Below, in pieces: positions 8,500 through 18,800 of a DNA stretch of 44,907 nucleotides. A model generated the notes under the pieces. The model saw only the letters and a program-made list of their open reading frames with translations. It was not told the DNA's origin and made no database searches. Position 1 is the first letter of the stretch. Every line of letters starts with the position of its first letter. Where the stretch lies: the sequence record DRR723986_3513, one strand, 5' to 3'. A program made the position numbers and the translations under genes.

Positions 8500-11091
8500 C
8501 TAGCTCGCCGTTGGTTCTTCGGTGAAGGTAGTTTTCAGCACGGATCGCCACTTCTGAATGTCCGAGGCGAGCATGGATGCGTCGGAAGTCTCCGGCAGAA
8601 GCGCTTGTCGATTTCCTGCGGACCAAATCAGGCTGGAGCGAAGCAGTCCGCTATCGTCGCATTCCAACTGCAACTGCAGCGGGTCTGCTGCATCGCGTTG
8701 GGGAAAGAGGTTTGACGGGCGTACTCGACCGAGCTTCAGCCAGTGCGTTCCGCCTTGACTTGTGCCTTCGATGATCTGCACCGGTGGAAACGAGCCTTCA
8801 GCGTCCGCGCTCGGGCGAAGCGTGTTTGCAAAAGCGGCTGGCAGGTTCGTGCCAGCCGGAATTAAGACTTTGGGTTTCAATCCCTGGTCGGTTGCGGTCA
8901 CGATGGCCAAGTCGTAGGCGGTGCAACCGACAGAACGCAGCGTATCACCAGTCGACGATAGGCGAGTCAGATAGTGTGCTTGAATGGCCGCACCACGTGC
9001 CAAGTCCGCTTTTTCGAGCAGTTCAACCGGAGTACCTGCGGGAAAGATCTTCTTAATGTTGTTTTGAATCGCACGGATCCTCATCAGGGAACCCGTCAGC
9101 AGTACTTGGTCCACGTCGGCAACATCCATCTTTGCTGTCTGGCAAGCGGCTTGAATGCTGTTTTCGATTTGCTTAAGTTCTGTTGGTGCGATTCGAACCA
9201 GTCCCTCCTGCGTGACAACTTGTTGAATCGTCTCGCCTTCCCAGGTGAACTGGATTTCGATTTTGTTGGTGCGAGTCAATCGATCGAGGGCGAGTTCCAG
9301 GGTTCGTTGTAGGCGGGTTGCGGCCGCCACGTCCTCTCGGATGGATTTGCCTGTTTTCTCCTTGAAGACGCCTGCGAAAAACTCACCAAGCAAGAATTGC
9401 CAACGCCCGCTACCAAGTTTCCAGTTGCCGTGGGTGCCCAGTTGCCTGACCACTCGGCCCTCTGCACTGACGACCGAGGCTTCCATGCACGAGCCGCCCA
9501 GGTGGACCACTAGGATTCGGTTTGCGGCTGTTTGGTTCTTGTCCGCAGCAAGGCGGCTGTTCAGGTCAAGCCAACACATGGCGGCCGCGAGCGGTTTGTC
9601 CAGCAACTGTACCAGTTCCACGTCGGCCACTTCGCAGGCGGTTCGAACTGCTCTGCGGTGCAATTGGTCGTAACAAGCCGGCACAGTAACGATCGCACTG
9701 CGGCCGCCTTCGGTAATGCTACTCGCATTACGCATGATTTGTTTGACGATTGCAGCGAGTGCAACCTCCGGCGGTGGATTCAGGCCACCGATCTGCCAGT
9801 TGACCTCTGAAGCGCCCACCCACCGCTGAACGCTGTGTAGGATGCTTCCCGGATCGGCTTGCCGTTTTGAAGTCGCTGCCTGGCCGACACAGATCTTTCC
9901 ACCAGAGTTGGAAAGCATGTTGCGAATATGCTGCGCGTTCCCTTCGCCCTGCTGAATGATTTGCGGGCCGACCTCAGCGTCAAAATAGGCGGCGGTGCTG
10001 ACCAACATTCCCAGGTCGATGGCAACGATTTGCGATTTCTTGGCGAGCGTAGATCTGCTCATCGCGACACTGGTGGGATTGTCGGCGATCAATCGCCCTG
10101 CCCCGCGACGAAACGCGCCCAGGACTGCTGGACGCGATGCGAGATTCATTTCGTGCAGATCCGCAAGCAGAGCCTCTGCGGAATCGTAGCGTTCTTCTGG
10201 TTTCTTGGCGACTAACTTTTGGAACAAAGCATCCAGGCGCAAGTCGATGTCAGGACGAACGGTGTAAAGGGCTGGTGGCTTGTTTCGCAACTGGGCTGTC
10301 GCGACCTGCATCGCTTGGCCGGAGAACATCGCTCGACCGGTTAGCAGGTAATACAGAGTCGCTCCGAGAGAGTAGAGATCGCTACGGCCGTCCACTGACT
10401 CGGGGTCTTCTATTTGTTCGGGCGACATGTACTCGGGCGTGCCCATGAACATGTTCTTCTGCGTGTTGGTCCGCGGGGCTTTGCTAATATGGGCCAGCCC
10501 GAAGTCGAGGATTTTCAGCTTGCCGTCGCGGGCCAGCATCATGTTGCTGGGCTTGATGTCACGATGCACAATGCCCATTGAATGCGCGTAGACGAGCGCC
10601 TCAGCGGCTTGTTCAAGCACGTTGACGGCCTCGCTACTGCTCAATGAACCGTGTTCGCGAACCTGTTGCGACAGCACTTCGCCATCAACCAGCTCCATGA
10701 CAAGATAGTGTTTGTCATCGCAAGATCCAGCGTCGAACGCCGTGACGATATTGGGGTGCATCAACTGTGCCACGGCCCGCACTTCCGAATAGAACTGCGC
10801 TAGTGCCTGCTCGTGTGCAGAAATCGAATCGCCAAGCACCTTAAGTGCGACTTGACGGTTCATCGTGCGATGCTCAGCGCGATAGACCTTCCCCATCCCA
10901 CCGGAACCAATCGGCTCGATCAGCAAGTACTCTCCCAGCAAACCAACCGTCGCATTGCTAGACGGTTCGGCTTCCAGGAAATCAAAATCATCCTCTTCAA
11001 AGCCCTGGAGATCGTCGTCTCCGGCAGCAAACTGCGTCGCATCTTCCTGATACTGAGGAGGCCTTTGTGAGCTAGGTTTCTCGTCGGACAT
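8500..11091 (-). CDS. Hanks-type Ser/Thr kinase fused to a degenerate Hsp70 (DnaK-like) domain
   Basis: Kinase motifs GSGGMGKV, VALK, HRDIKPSN, DFG, GTPEYMSPEQ. Hsp70-like motifs AIDLG, AIVTVPA, PLAAA, VVHLGG, VDQVLLTG, LARGAAIQA. No transmembrane segment is evident. Confidence 0.88.
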   Translation of the reverse strand: MSDEKPSSQRPPQYQEDATQFAAGDDDLQGFEEDDFDFLEAEPSSNATVGLLGEYLLIEPIGSGGMGKVYRAEHRTMNRQVALKVLGDSISAHEQALAQFYSEVRAVAQLMHPNIVTAFDAGSCDDKHYLVMELVDGEVLSQQVREHGSLSSSEAVNVLEQAAEALVYAHSMGIVHRDIKPSNMMLARDGKLKILDFGLAHISKAPRTNTQKNMFMGTPEYMSPEQIEDPESVDGRSDLYSLGATLYYLLTGRAMFSGQAMQVATAQLRNKPPALYTVRPDIDLRLDALFQKLVAKKPEERYDSAEALLADLHEMNLASRPAVLGAFRRGAGRLIADNPTSVAMSRSTLAKKSQIVAIDLGMLVSTAAYFDAEVGPQIIQQGEGNAQHIRNMLSNSGGKICVGQAATSKRQADPGSILHSVQRWVGASEVNWQIGGLNPPPEVALAAIVKQIMRNASSITEGGRSAIVTVPACYDQLHRRAVRTACEVADVELVQLLDKPLAAAMCWLDLNSRLAADKNQTAANRILVVHLGGSCMEASVVSAEGRVVRQLGTHGNWKLGSGRWQFLLGEFFAGVFKEKTGKSIREDVAAATRLQRTLELALDRLTRTNKIEIQFTWEGETIQQVVTQEGLVRIAPTELKQIENSIQAACQTAKMDVADVDQVLLTGSLMRIRAIQNNIKKIFPAGTPVELLEKADLARGAAIQAHYLTRLSSTGDTLRSVGCTAYDLAIVTATDQGLKPKVLIPAGTNLPAAFANTLRPSADAEGSFPPVQIIEGTSQGGTHWLKLGRVRPSNLFPQRDAADPLQLQLECDDSGLLRSSLIWSAGNRQALLPETSDASMLASDIQKWRSVLKTTFTEEPTAS

Positions 11092-11385
11092 GGCAACGAA
11101 TCATACGGCGGACATGAAATAGGAGACAGAAGAGCGGCCGACCATGCCCTATTGTACCGGGGAAACGGCAGATAATCTCCCTTTATCTGCCCAATTGATG
11201 TGGAGATCCCACCCAGTTGAGCCGTTGTAGTTCGCACAATCGATAATCGCCCGTAGAACTATCCCTTGGTGGGGGGCCAAACTCTGGCCCCATGCTTCAC
11301 TCACACTAGACTGGAGGGAGAAGCGTGGCTCGCGTCTTTGAGGCCAGGTGGCTTCGGGCAAACAGCAAGTAATATTGAAGAGCGA

Positions 11386-12894
11386 ATGCAAGACAAAAAA
11401 GTAGTGGTTTACTGGGCCATGGTCCTTCTGGGGGTGATTAGCTGTTTGGCTGCCCCGATGGTGTCTTCCCTGCGCGTTGGCTTGATCGGTGGCGGCTGCA
11501 TTGCTGCCGTTGCGTTGAGTTGGGCGGTTGCCGGATACCAGTGGAATCGGAAGCTCAAATTTCCAAGCGGCTTTCGAAGTTGGGCCCTGCTGGTGGGGGC
11601 TCTCGCTGGTGCAGTCGTTGGGATTTATCAGAGCACAACCGATTACCAACTGCTCGTTGGCGGGTTGCTGGCGGCTCACTTTCTGACCAGCCACGCACGG
11701 CAGAAACGAGTCAGCTTGGGCGCGTACGCTGCCCCTGGGATTGTTATCGGTGTCGCTGCCATTCCTGCTGTTTCGCGGGCGCTTGCCCTCCACGCAACCA
11801 GCTTGGCCGAAGGCGGGACGACGGGACTGCTGAGACTTTATCGCATTCCGCACGCGTTAGATCTCGACCAACTCCTGTCGGAGCACGTGAACTGGGATTT
11901 CCAGATGTCAATGAACGGCTTAGGCTCACCGGTGCTGTATGTAGCTCTTGCTGGGGTCTTGATGGCAGTGATGAAGCGGTGCTGGTTGCACATCGTTGCC
12001 GGTGGAGTAATTGCGTTTTACCTAGCGGTTGCTTTTCATAGTGGTGTTCCTGCGATGAAGTCGATTGCCGAACTGTGGGAGTGGTCTTGGTTGGCCGCAC
12101 TTGCACCGGTGCTTTGCTTTGTGATCGTGGTGCTGGTCTTTCTTTCCGCAGATCGACTGCTGGAGGCAATCTTTCTGCCGGTTGCTCCGGACGACAATGC
12201 GTCGGCTGCCAACCCTTTGGTCTACTACTGGAACACCGCCTTAAGCCCTCGCGTGTCAGGCGAGAAGAATCGCGTTTCGCCTGGGATAGTGAGACTTCTT
12301 GTGCCCTGTGTGGCCGTTGCAGTCATCTCGGTACCTGCACTGGCATCGATTCCGCAGCAGTGGTCAGGCAAGGCCAATTCGCGGCAGGTGAGCTTTGATG
12401 CTGAGTTGTTGGCCAGCGTTTTTAGTGAAGCTGTTGGCGCTGATCACAGAAGCGGTGACGCTCGTGTTGCGAAAGACCTTGGGACCGTGTTTGATCAGTG
12501 GCGGTTCGATTGCTTGGAATACGACGTAAGGATTGTGGTTTCCCAGTCCGGAGATGCTGAGTCATACGATAAGTCGATATGGACTGAAGCGCCCCCAACT
12601 ACTGAGGGCGACAAAGAGGGACCAGGCTTAGGGGACTTTGTTGCACCGGAGAGGCTCCAGCCCATTGCCGACACTGAAAACGTGAAAGTCACCAGACTCT
12701 ACGTGCCCGACGGTCAACGCGACATGTTGCTCCTGCAGCAGGTTGGGGCCGACGCTGAATCGCCTGTTCAGATCAAGCTATTCGCTACGATGCCGTTCGG
12801 AACCAATCCAAGGCTGGAACGCGTGCTGCTTGAGCGATTCGAAAGCGTTGTGCAGATTGTCCAAGACCGCTTTAACAAAGGGGCGAACCAATGA
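11386..12894 (+). CDS. Exosortase U-like multi-pass membrane protein with a C-terminal soluble domain; catalytic residues apparently lost
   Basis: Multiple TM helices. LLRLYRIPHA...MSMNGLGS falls in register with exosortase LLxLLxVPH...EACSGxxS. Also FLSADRLL...NPLVYYWN, DLGxxxDxW, and coupling to a TPR gene. The alignment is from memory. Start set to ATG 11386 (the ORF track uses 11266). Confidence 0.6.
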   Translation: MQDKKVVVYWAMVLLGVISCLAAPMVSSLRVGLIGGGCIAAVALSWAVAGYQWNRKLKFPSGFRSWALLVGALAGAVVGIYQSTTDYQLLVGGLLAAHFLTSHARQKRVSLGAYAAPGIVIGVAAIPAVSRALALHATSLAEGGTTGLLRLYRIPHALDLDQLLSEHVNWDFQMSMNGLGSPVLYVALAGVLMAVMKRCWLHIVAGGVIAFYLAVAFHSGVPAMKSIAELWEWSWLAALAPVLCFVIVVLVFLSADRLLEAIFLPVAPDDNASAANPLVYYWNTALSPRVSGEKNRVSPGIVRLLVPCVAVAVISVPALASIPQQWSGKANSRQVSFDAELLASVFSEAVGADHRSGDARVAKDLGTVFDQWRFDCLEYDVRIVVSQSGDAESYDKSIWTEAPPTTEGDKEGPGLGDFVAPERLQPIADTENVKVTRLYVPDGQRDMLLLQQVGADAESPVQIKLFATMPFGTNPRLERVLLERFESVVQIVQDRFNKGANQ

Positions 12895-14714
12895 GCGATG
12901 CCCCAGATTCCAACGCGAGCAAGAAATCGGCTTCCAAGTCGTCCTCAAAGTCGGATTCCCGCCGTGACGGTTCACGTGGAAGTTCTCGCGGGAAGGGACA
13001 CTCGAAGTCTCGCGGTCGGTCCAAGTCTAGCAGCCCGCTGACGTATCCGTTTCGTTTCATCGCGAATGCGGTACGCCATTGGAAACCCAAGAAGATTGCC
13101 TCTGGGGCGTGGAAGACGGCGGTTCGATTCACAAAGTGGTTAGTGTGGGGACCAAAACCAACCAAAGCCAAAGGTGCGGTTCGTCACGAGACCTCGTTAC
13201 AGTGGCCAAGTCGCAAGTCGATGCGAAATCCGCTCAACTGGGCCGCCTGGGCATGGGCCGCCGCTGGGCGATATGCAACCACTCGTTCGGTGCGTTCGGT
13301 TGTTCTGTCCTTTCCCGCCATCGGGTTCTTTATCGCATTCGTTTCCTCCATTTCCCTTGGATTGAAGGACGGTGCGGGCAATCAGACGGGCAGGTATAGC
13401 TACTACTTGGCGAAAGCTGTTGAAGCAGAAAACCTGACCGAAGCCCGCATCTGCACTCGCCGTATGCTTCTGGATTCTCCCGACGAGGAGCAGGTGCGAT
13501 TGCGGCGTGCCCTGCTCGAGCAAGAACTCGGGGAGAAGGACGTTGCGAAACGCATGATGGGCGATCTTGCCCAATTTGGCGAATCGTCCCTCGCTGCACA
13601 GTGGTTGGCCGAGCGTGTCGGTGACAAAACGAAAATCCAAGAATGGTCATCGGACGAACTTCGCGAGTATGCAGACTGGTTGGTTAACGCGAGTGTCAAC
13701 GCGCCGGACAATCCGCAGCCACGTTTGGATCTGGCTGACATCCTGGTCAGGCTCGGAGATCTAGAAAGGGCTCGAGCGGTTCTCATAAAGCCCGCGAAGA
13801 AGGATTTCGAAAGCGCGTACCAGTTGGTCTTGATTGAAGACCGCATTGGTGAAAGGGAAACAGCAAAGAAGCGTGCTGTGTCTCTTTTGCAGGCGATGCA
13901 GTCTCAGTTGATCAGAACCCCGGATAACATCAAACTGCGACTGCAAGCCGCAAACCTGATGGTGTTTGTTGGCCGCGGTGTTGATGCCGTTTCAACGCTA
14001 CGCGGGGGACTCTTGCACGCGAAGACGGACGAGAACCGCGAGACGATTACCTCTGCCCTCACGGCTGCTCTGCTTTCGGAGGCGCAGCAAGCCCTTCCTC
14101 AAGGGGCGGATGCCAACGAGATGCTTCGCCGGTTCCGATTGCTAAGCGACGCACGCGAGCTAGCGCCAGAATCTGAGGTCGTCACGCAGTGCATCGTGAA
14201 TGCATGCATCGCGTCGTTCCGTTTTCCCGATATTGCGGTCGAGCAGGCACGCGATGCATTCTATTCGGGACTGTCCGAAGAGAACCTACGATTTATCGAA
14301 GGAACGGCGGCAATTCACACTGGCGACATTTCGTCGGCAAAAACACTGCTCGCCGCAGACGTCGAAAAGGACGCGGATTCGCCCGGCGTGCTGAACAACC
14401 TCGCCCACGCGATCCTGCAAGAGGAAAATCCTGATCTTAACAAAGCGCTGAAGCTATCTAATGCAGCCGTTGAAGCGATGCCCAACCACGCCTACCTTCG
14501 CGAAACGCGTGGACAGATCTTGTACCGTATGAAACGTTACAATGAAGCTATCAAAGACCTAGAACTGGCATTCGCTGCACCTGAGCTTCGCAATGGAATT
14601 CAAGTGATGATGTATCGTTGCTATCAACACTTGGAGATGACCGAACAGGCCGAGCAATTCAAGAAGTGGGTACTCAGCCAGCGAGCTGCTGCACAGAAGG
14701 CTGGGCGGCAATAA
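12891..14714 (+). CDS. Membrane-anchored tetratricopeptide-repeat protein
   Basis: One TM (VVLSFPAIGFFIAFVSSISLGL) followed by helical repeats, with C-terminal TPRs VLNNLAHAI...LRETRGQILYRMKRYNEAIKDLELA. ATGA overlap with the upstream gene. Confidence 0.85.
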   Translation: MSDAPDSNASKKSASKSSSKSDSRRDGSRGSSRGKGHSKSRGRSKSSSPLTYPFRFIANAVRHWKPKKIASGAWKTAVRFTKWLVWGPKPTKAKGAVRHETSLQWPSRKSMRNPLNWAAWAWAAAGRYATTRSVRSVVLSFPAIGFFIAFVSSISLGLKDGAGNQTGRYSYYLAKAVEAENLTEARICTRRMLLDSPDEEQVRLRRALLEQELGEKDVAKRMMGDLAQFGESSLAAQWLAERVGDKTKIQEWSSDELREYADWLVNASVNAPDNPQPRLDLADILVRLGDLERARAVLIKPAKKDFESAYQLVLIEDRIGERETAKKRAVSLLQAMQSQLIRTPDNIKLRLQAANLMVFVGRGVDAVSTLRGGLLHAKTDENRETITSALTAALLSEAQQALPQGADANEMLRRFRLLSDARELAPESEVVTQCIVNACIASFRFPDIAVEQARDAFYSGLSEENLRFIEGTAAIHTGDISSAKTLLAADVEKDADSPGVLNNLAHAILQEENPDLNKALKLSNAAVEAMPNHAYLRETRGQILYRMKRYNEAIKDLELAFAAPELRNGIQVMMYRCYQHLEMTEQAEQFKKWVLSQRAAAQKAGRQ

Positions 14715-14754
14715 CGCCGTACGCGAGTAACGCCGTACACGAACAACGCCACAC
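14712..14754. repeat. 16-bp tandem repeat, ~2.7 copies
   Basis: TAACGCCGTACGCGAG / TAACGCCGTACACGAA / CAACGCCACAC, starting at the stop codon of the TPR gene. Confidence 0.8.
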
Positions 14755-14825
14755 TGTGACGTGCGAGTGTGTGGCTGGCCGGTATGCGATGTGATCAGTC
14801 TGCGATTATGGCCAAACTGATTCGG

Positions 14826-15629
14826 CTACGCAGCGGTAGACTTGGGCAGTTCCCAAGCCACTTGGTCGATACACTCAGCATCGACGAAGTCGGATTGACT
14901 CACCGCGCCCGCGACCAAGGAAAGATCCGCTAGCTGTACAATTCGTCGAGCGACTCCGCCGCTTAGTTGATGAATCTGGCGCACGGCGGTGTCGGTGAAT
15001 ACGGGCGACGTTCGGCCCAGTCTTCCCAGTTCCCAAGCCAGGAACTCAGACGTTTGCTCTTCGCTCCATGCGGGCAGCTCAATCTGCAGTTCGGTCTGGT
15101 CGAGTAGCCTTCGGCTGACGGCACTGAGCAGTTTGGTTTCGACGCCGAGCACGATCGTCAACGGGAACGACTGGGACAGCAATCGCGCGATGTCCGCTTC
15201 TGCTTCGGGGGTTGCACTTACTACGTCGTCGATAAACAGTCCGATTTGCAGGTCTTCGCGTCGAGCTGCAGCAAAGTAGTCGCAGATTCTGATCCAGGTT
15301 GCGTTGGAATCGACGGTCAGTCGTCGACCGCAAAGGTGCCCTGCTAGTTCGCTGAGCAAGTCGCCCTGCTCTAGTGCGAGCATGCTGATTCGGTGCGTCT
15401 CGATGTTTCGGACAGTCTCGTCGCGAGGCGGGTTAGCGGTCAAGTAGCGCAAGATTTGTGTCTTGCCAACGCCACTTGCTCCCAGCAACGTTCCGAGTCG
15501 GCGACGGTTGGCGATAAGGAAGTCGATCCTGGCCAACGCTTCCTCAACGGTCGCGCCTTCGAAAACACTGCGGAGGTTGTCCGACGAAAATGGTGCAGAA
15601 CTTAGCTGCCAGTATCGCCAATAGCTCAC
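14826..15629 (-). CDS. ExeA/GspA-family AAA ATPase
   Basis: YWQLSSAPF N-terminus, EEALARI, Walker A GASGVGKT, Walker B LFIDD, FTDTAVRQIHQLSGGVARRI. Confidence 0.85.
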   Translation of the reverse strand: MSYWRYWQLSSAPFSSDNLRSVFEGATVEEALARIDFLIANRRRLGTLLGASGVGKTQILRYLTANPPRDETVRNIETHRISMLALEQGDLLSELAGHLCGRRLTVDSNATWIRICDYFAAARREDLQIGLFIDDVVSATPEAEADIARLLSQSFPLTIVLGVETKLLSAVSRRLLDQTELQIELPAWSEEQTSEFLAWELGRLGRTSPVFTDTAVRQIHQLSGGVARRIVQLADLSLVAGAVSQSDFVDAECIDQVAWELPKSTAA

Positions 15630-15830
15630 CGTAAGGCTCCTGGTACATTACCGAAAAAATCCGGTTGTACGATTAGACGCAATGCTGTTGTTGAACACGA
15701 TGGTGCCGCACGTAGATTGCTAGCATCTGACTGCGCGGACCTATCCCTCACTGAGAATCGTCGTCTCGTGACCAGCAACTTGAGTGCATCTGCGGTGTAC
15801 AGCAAGTTGAATTTGCGATTCTGCTTGCGC

Positions 15831-18800
15831 CTATTGACGGGTGATGACTTCGTCGAGATTCAGAATCACCCGGCAGACAAGGGCCCAAGCGGCTCGTTCG
15901 TTCTGAGCGGCCGAGTCCAAGGCCTTGCCCGATTCTTCCTGTTCAGAGAGCCCAAGAATCTTTGTAGCCTGAAGTTCGCCGCTGCCGAGTCGGTCGCGTT
16001 GAGCGTTCAGCAGCGCCAGCAGAGTTTCGACTTCGCTGGCCGTTGGCTTCCTGCATGTCGCTCGCCGGAACGCCCGCTGCAACTTCTTGCGGTCGGGAGC
16101 GTCAGAGGCGATCGCTAGTGGGGCGGACATGGCAATGGCAGCGTCGACAAATTGCGGCTCATTGAGCGCAACAAGAGCTTGCATTGGAGTGTTGCTGCGT
16201 TCTCGACGAATACATGCTGCATCGCCCTTTGGCGCGTCGAAGACCTGCATGGTTGGATAGGGCACTGAACGATACTGGTGCACATACATGCTTCGGCGGT
16301 ATTGCTGGCCGTCAGTGTTGGTAGCCCAGATCTTGGGGCCGTAACTTGCTGGCGGCTGGTAAAGAAACTCAGGAGCTGGCGGATAGACGCTTGGTCCGCC
16401 AATTTCTTCACGAAGGAGACCGCTAATGGAAAGAACACTGTCACGCACCAGCTCAGCATCCAGCCTAAATCGCGAACCTCTGGCAAGGTGCGTGTTTTGC
16501 GGGTCTTCTTGATAGGCGGTCGTCGTCGCTTTGGAAGACTGTTGGTATGTCGCCGAGTTGACGATCAGTTGATGGATGTGCTTTAGGTTCCAACCGGATT
16601 CGACCAATTCGACGGCCAGCCAGTCGAGAAGTTCGGGGTGAACCGGTGGGGAGCTTTGCAGGCCGAAATCCTCTGGAGTCGCTACGAGCCCCTGGCCAAA
16701 GTATGCTTGCCAGATTCGATTGACGATAACGCGGGACGTTGTCGGTGAGTCATCGCGGACGAGCCAGCGTGCAAACTGGAGTCGTGCTGGCGTGTCGTCT
16801 GTAACAAGGCTGGTTGAGTCAGCCTGGTTTAGGAATGCGGGCGTTCCTGGTTCGACGCGATCGCCCTTGGATAGGAAATCACCTCGCACAAACACAAAGC
16901 TCTCTCGTGGCTCGCGACTCTCCACGACCAATTGAGTGTCCGTTTCCGGGTACTTGGACCAGGCTGTTTCGATGCGCTGCGAATACTCTTCGAAGGAGGA
17001 TTCTGCGGCTAGCCACTGCGCAAGAAGTGCATCACGAAACGGTGCGGTGTTGGCTTTGTTGCTCCAAAGTAACTCTTGTACATCTGAGCTAATCGATTCA
17101 CTTTTGTGTAAAGCGTCAACGGCCTGCCGTGTGACAGAGAATCTGTATCTGCCCAAGAGATAGTTTTGGTTGTCATCTGAATTCCAGCCGCCGTGGTTCT
17201 GTTTCAGTGTGACGTGAACGATCGCATCTTCGGTCAGGAGAATCGGCTGCTTGAATTTGAAGACGATGTGCCGATTTACATTGCGTCTGCCTGGACCCAG
17301 GTCTGTCGACCAGGCAGTTTTGGTATCGCCATCAATCGCATAAGCAGCGTGACCTGTGACGCGATTGTCCTTTTCTGGATCGCGGTCTCGATAGATCGCC
17401 GGCAGTTTGCTTTTGGCTGGATTTACATCGGAGACTGCTGCCACGAGCTCGATTTTGGTCTTCTTTTCCGGTGCAGAAACCGGTGCATAGTGCAGCTCGA
17501 ATTCGCTAAGAGCTCCGGTGCCGTAAATTGAGCGGCCCGGTCCACCGCGTGGAAGTTGCGGATGTTTGAGGACGTCGATACGAAAAGCGGTTGCACCGTT
17601 GAGGTCAAATTGCCCTTTGAAGACGTTGGTCGCCTTCGTTGGAGCGTAGCTTTCGCTCACGATCGATCCATCATCCAGTTGCCGGAATTTTTGCCCTTCA
17701 AAGGGGACTTCGTCGATACGGATCGTCTCCCACCTGAGCAGTTGTTCCTGTGACTCCGCTACCCAGGCGTTGAGACTCTTCTGCCAATCGGGATTCTCTC
17801 GCCCAAAATCGTTGAAGACATCATCAATCTCGTCTAGGACGCGATCACGCTGCTGGGCTTGTTCGGGCGTAAAGCACGCGATGGACGCTTCGTGGAAATC
17901 GTTAAGGGCCGCGAACATCTGGTAGTACTCGTGCTGGCTGAGCGGGTCGTACTTGTGCGTGTGGCATTGAGCGCACTGCGTTGTCACGCCCAGGATCGCT
18001 TTGCCAACGGCGTCAATTCTGTCAAACATCGCTTCGACGCGAAATTGTTCGGGGTCCGCCCCGCCCTCTTCATTGACCATCGAATTCCGCAGAAAGCCTG
18101 TCGCGACGCGGCTGTCCTGGTCTGCACCATCGATCAGGTCGCCAGCAACTTGTTTAATAATGAACTCGTCGTATGGCATGTTTTGGTTGATCGCTGCGAT
18201 CACCCAGTCGCGATAGAACCAGACGCTTCGCGGCTTGTCCTTTTCGTACCCGTCGGAATCGGCGTAACGGGCCGCATCAAGCCACCAACGTGCCCAGCGT
18301 TCTCCAAAGTGCGGTGAGTCGAGAAGACGGTCGACCAAATGTTGGTAAGCTTTGGGCGAATCGTCGCTCAGGAATGTATCTAGTTGTTCGGGGGGCGGCG
18401 GCAATCCGATAAGATCTAGATGTAGTCGCCGTGCGAGCTCGGCGCGCGTCGCACGGCCACTCTGCGTTTGGCCTCGCGATTCATTGTGCGCAAGCACGAA
18501 GCTGTCGATTGGGTTCTTCACCCAGTCGGATTCTTGCAGATCCGTTGCTGCGGGCGGCTGTGGGCGAACTGGCGGCACGAACGCCCAATGTTCCGCGTAA
18601 GGAGCACCTTCGGAGAGCCATTGCCTAACCGTTTCGATTTCCTGAGTGTCCAGCGATTTACCACTGTCCGGCGGAGGCATCTGATAGTCTTCGTCGGTCG
18701 ACAGTAGACGCTGAAGCAGCTCACTGTCTTCCCAAGCGCTAGCGTCAATTGCACCACCATCGACGGCGGCATCGCGGGAGTCCAGTCGTAGATCGGTAGC

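Noticed and set aside
11149-11853. 234-aa minus-strand ORF
   Set aside because: Antisense to the exosortase-like gene, with no motifs.
8500-15629. Anti-phage defence island (kinase, Hsp70-like, ATPase)
   Set aside because: No nuclease or other effector domain and no mobility genes are visible, and the genes are not in one operon.
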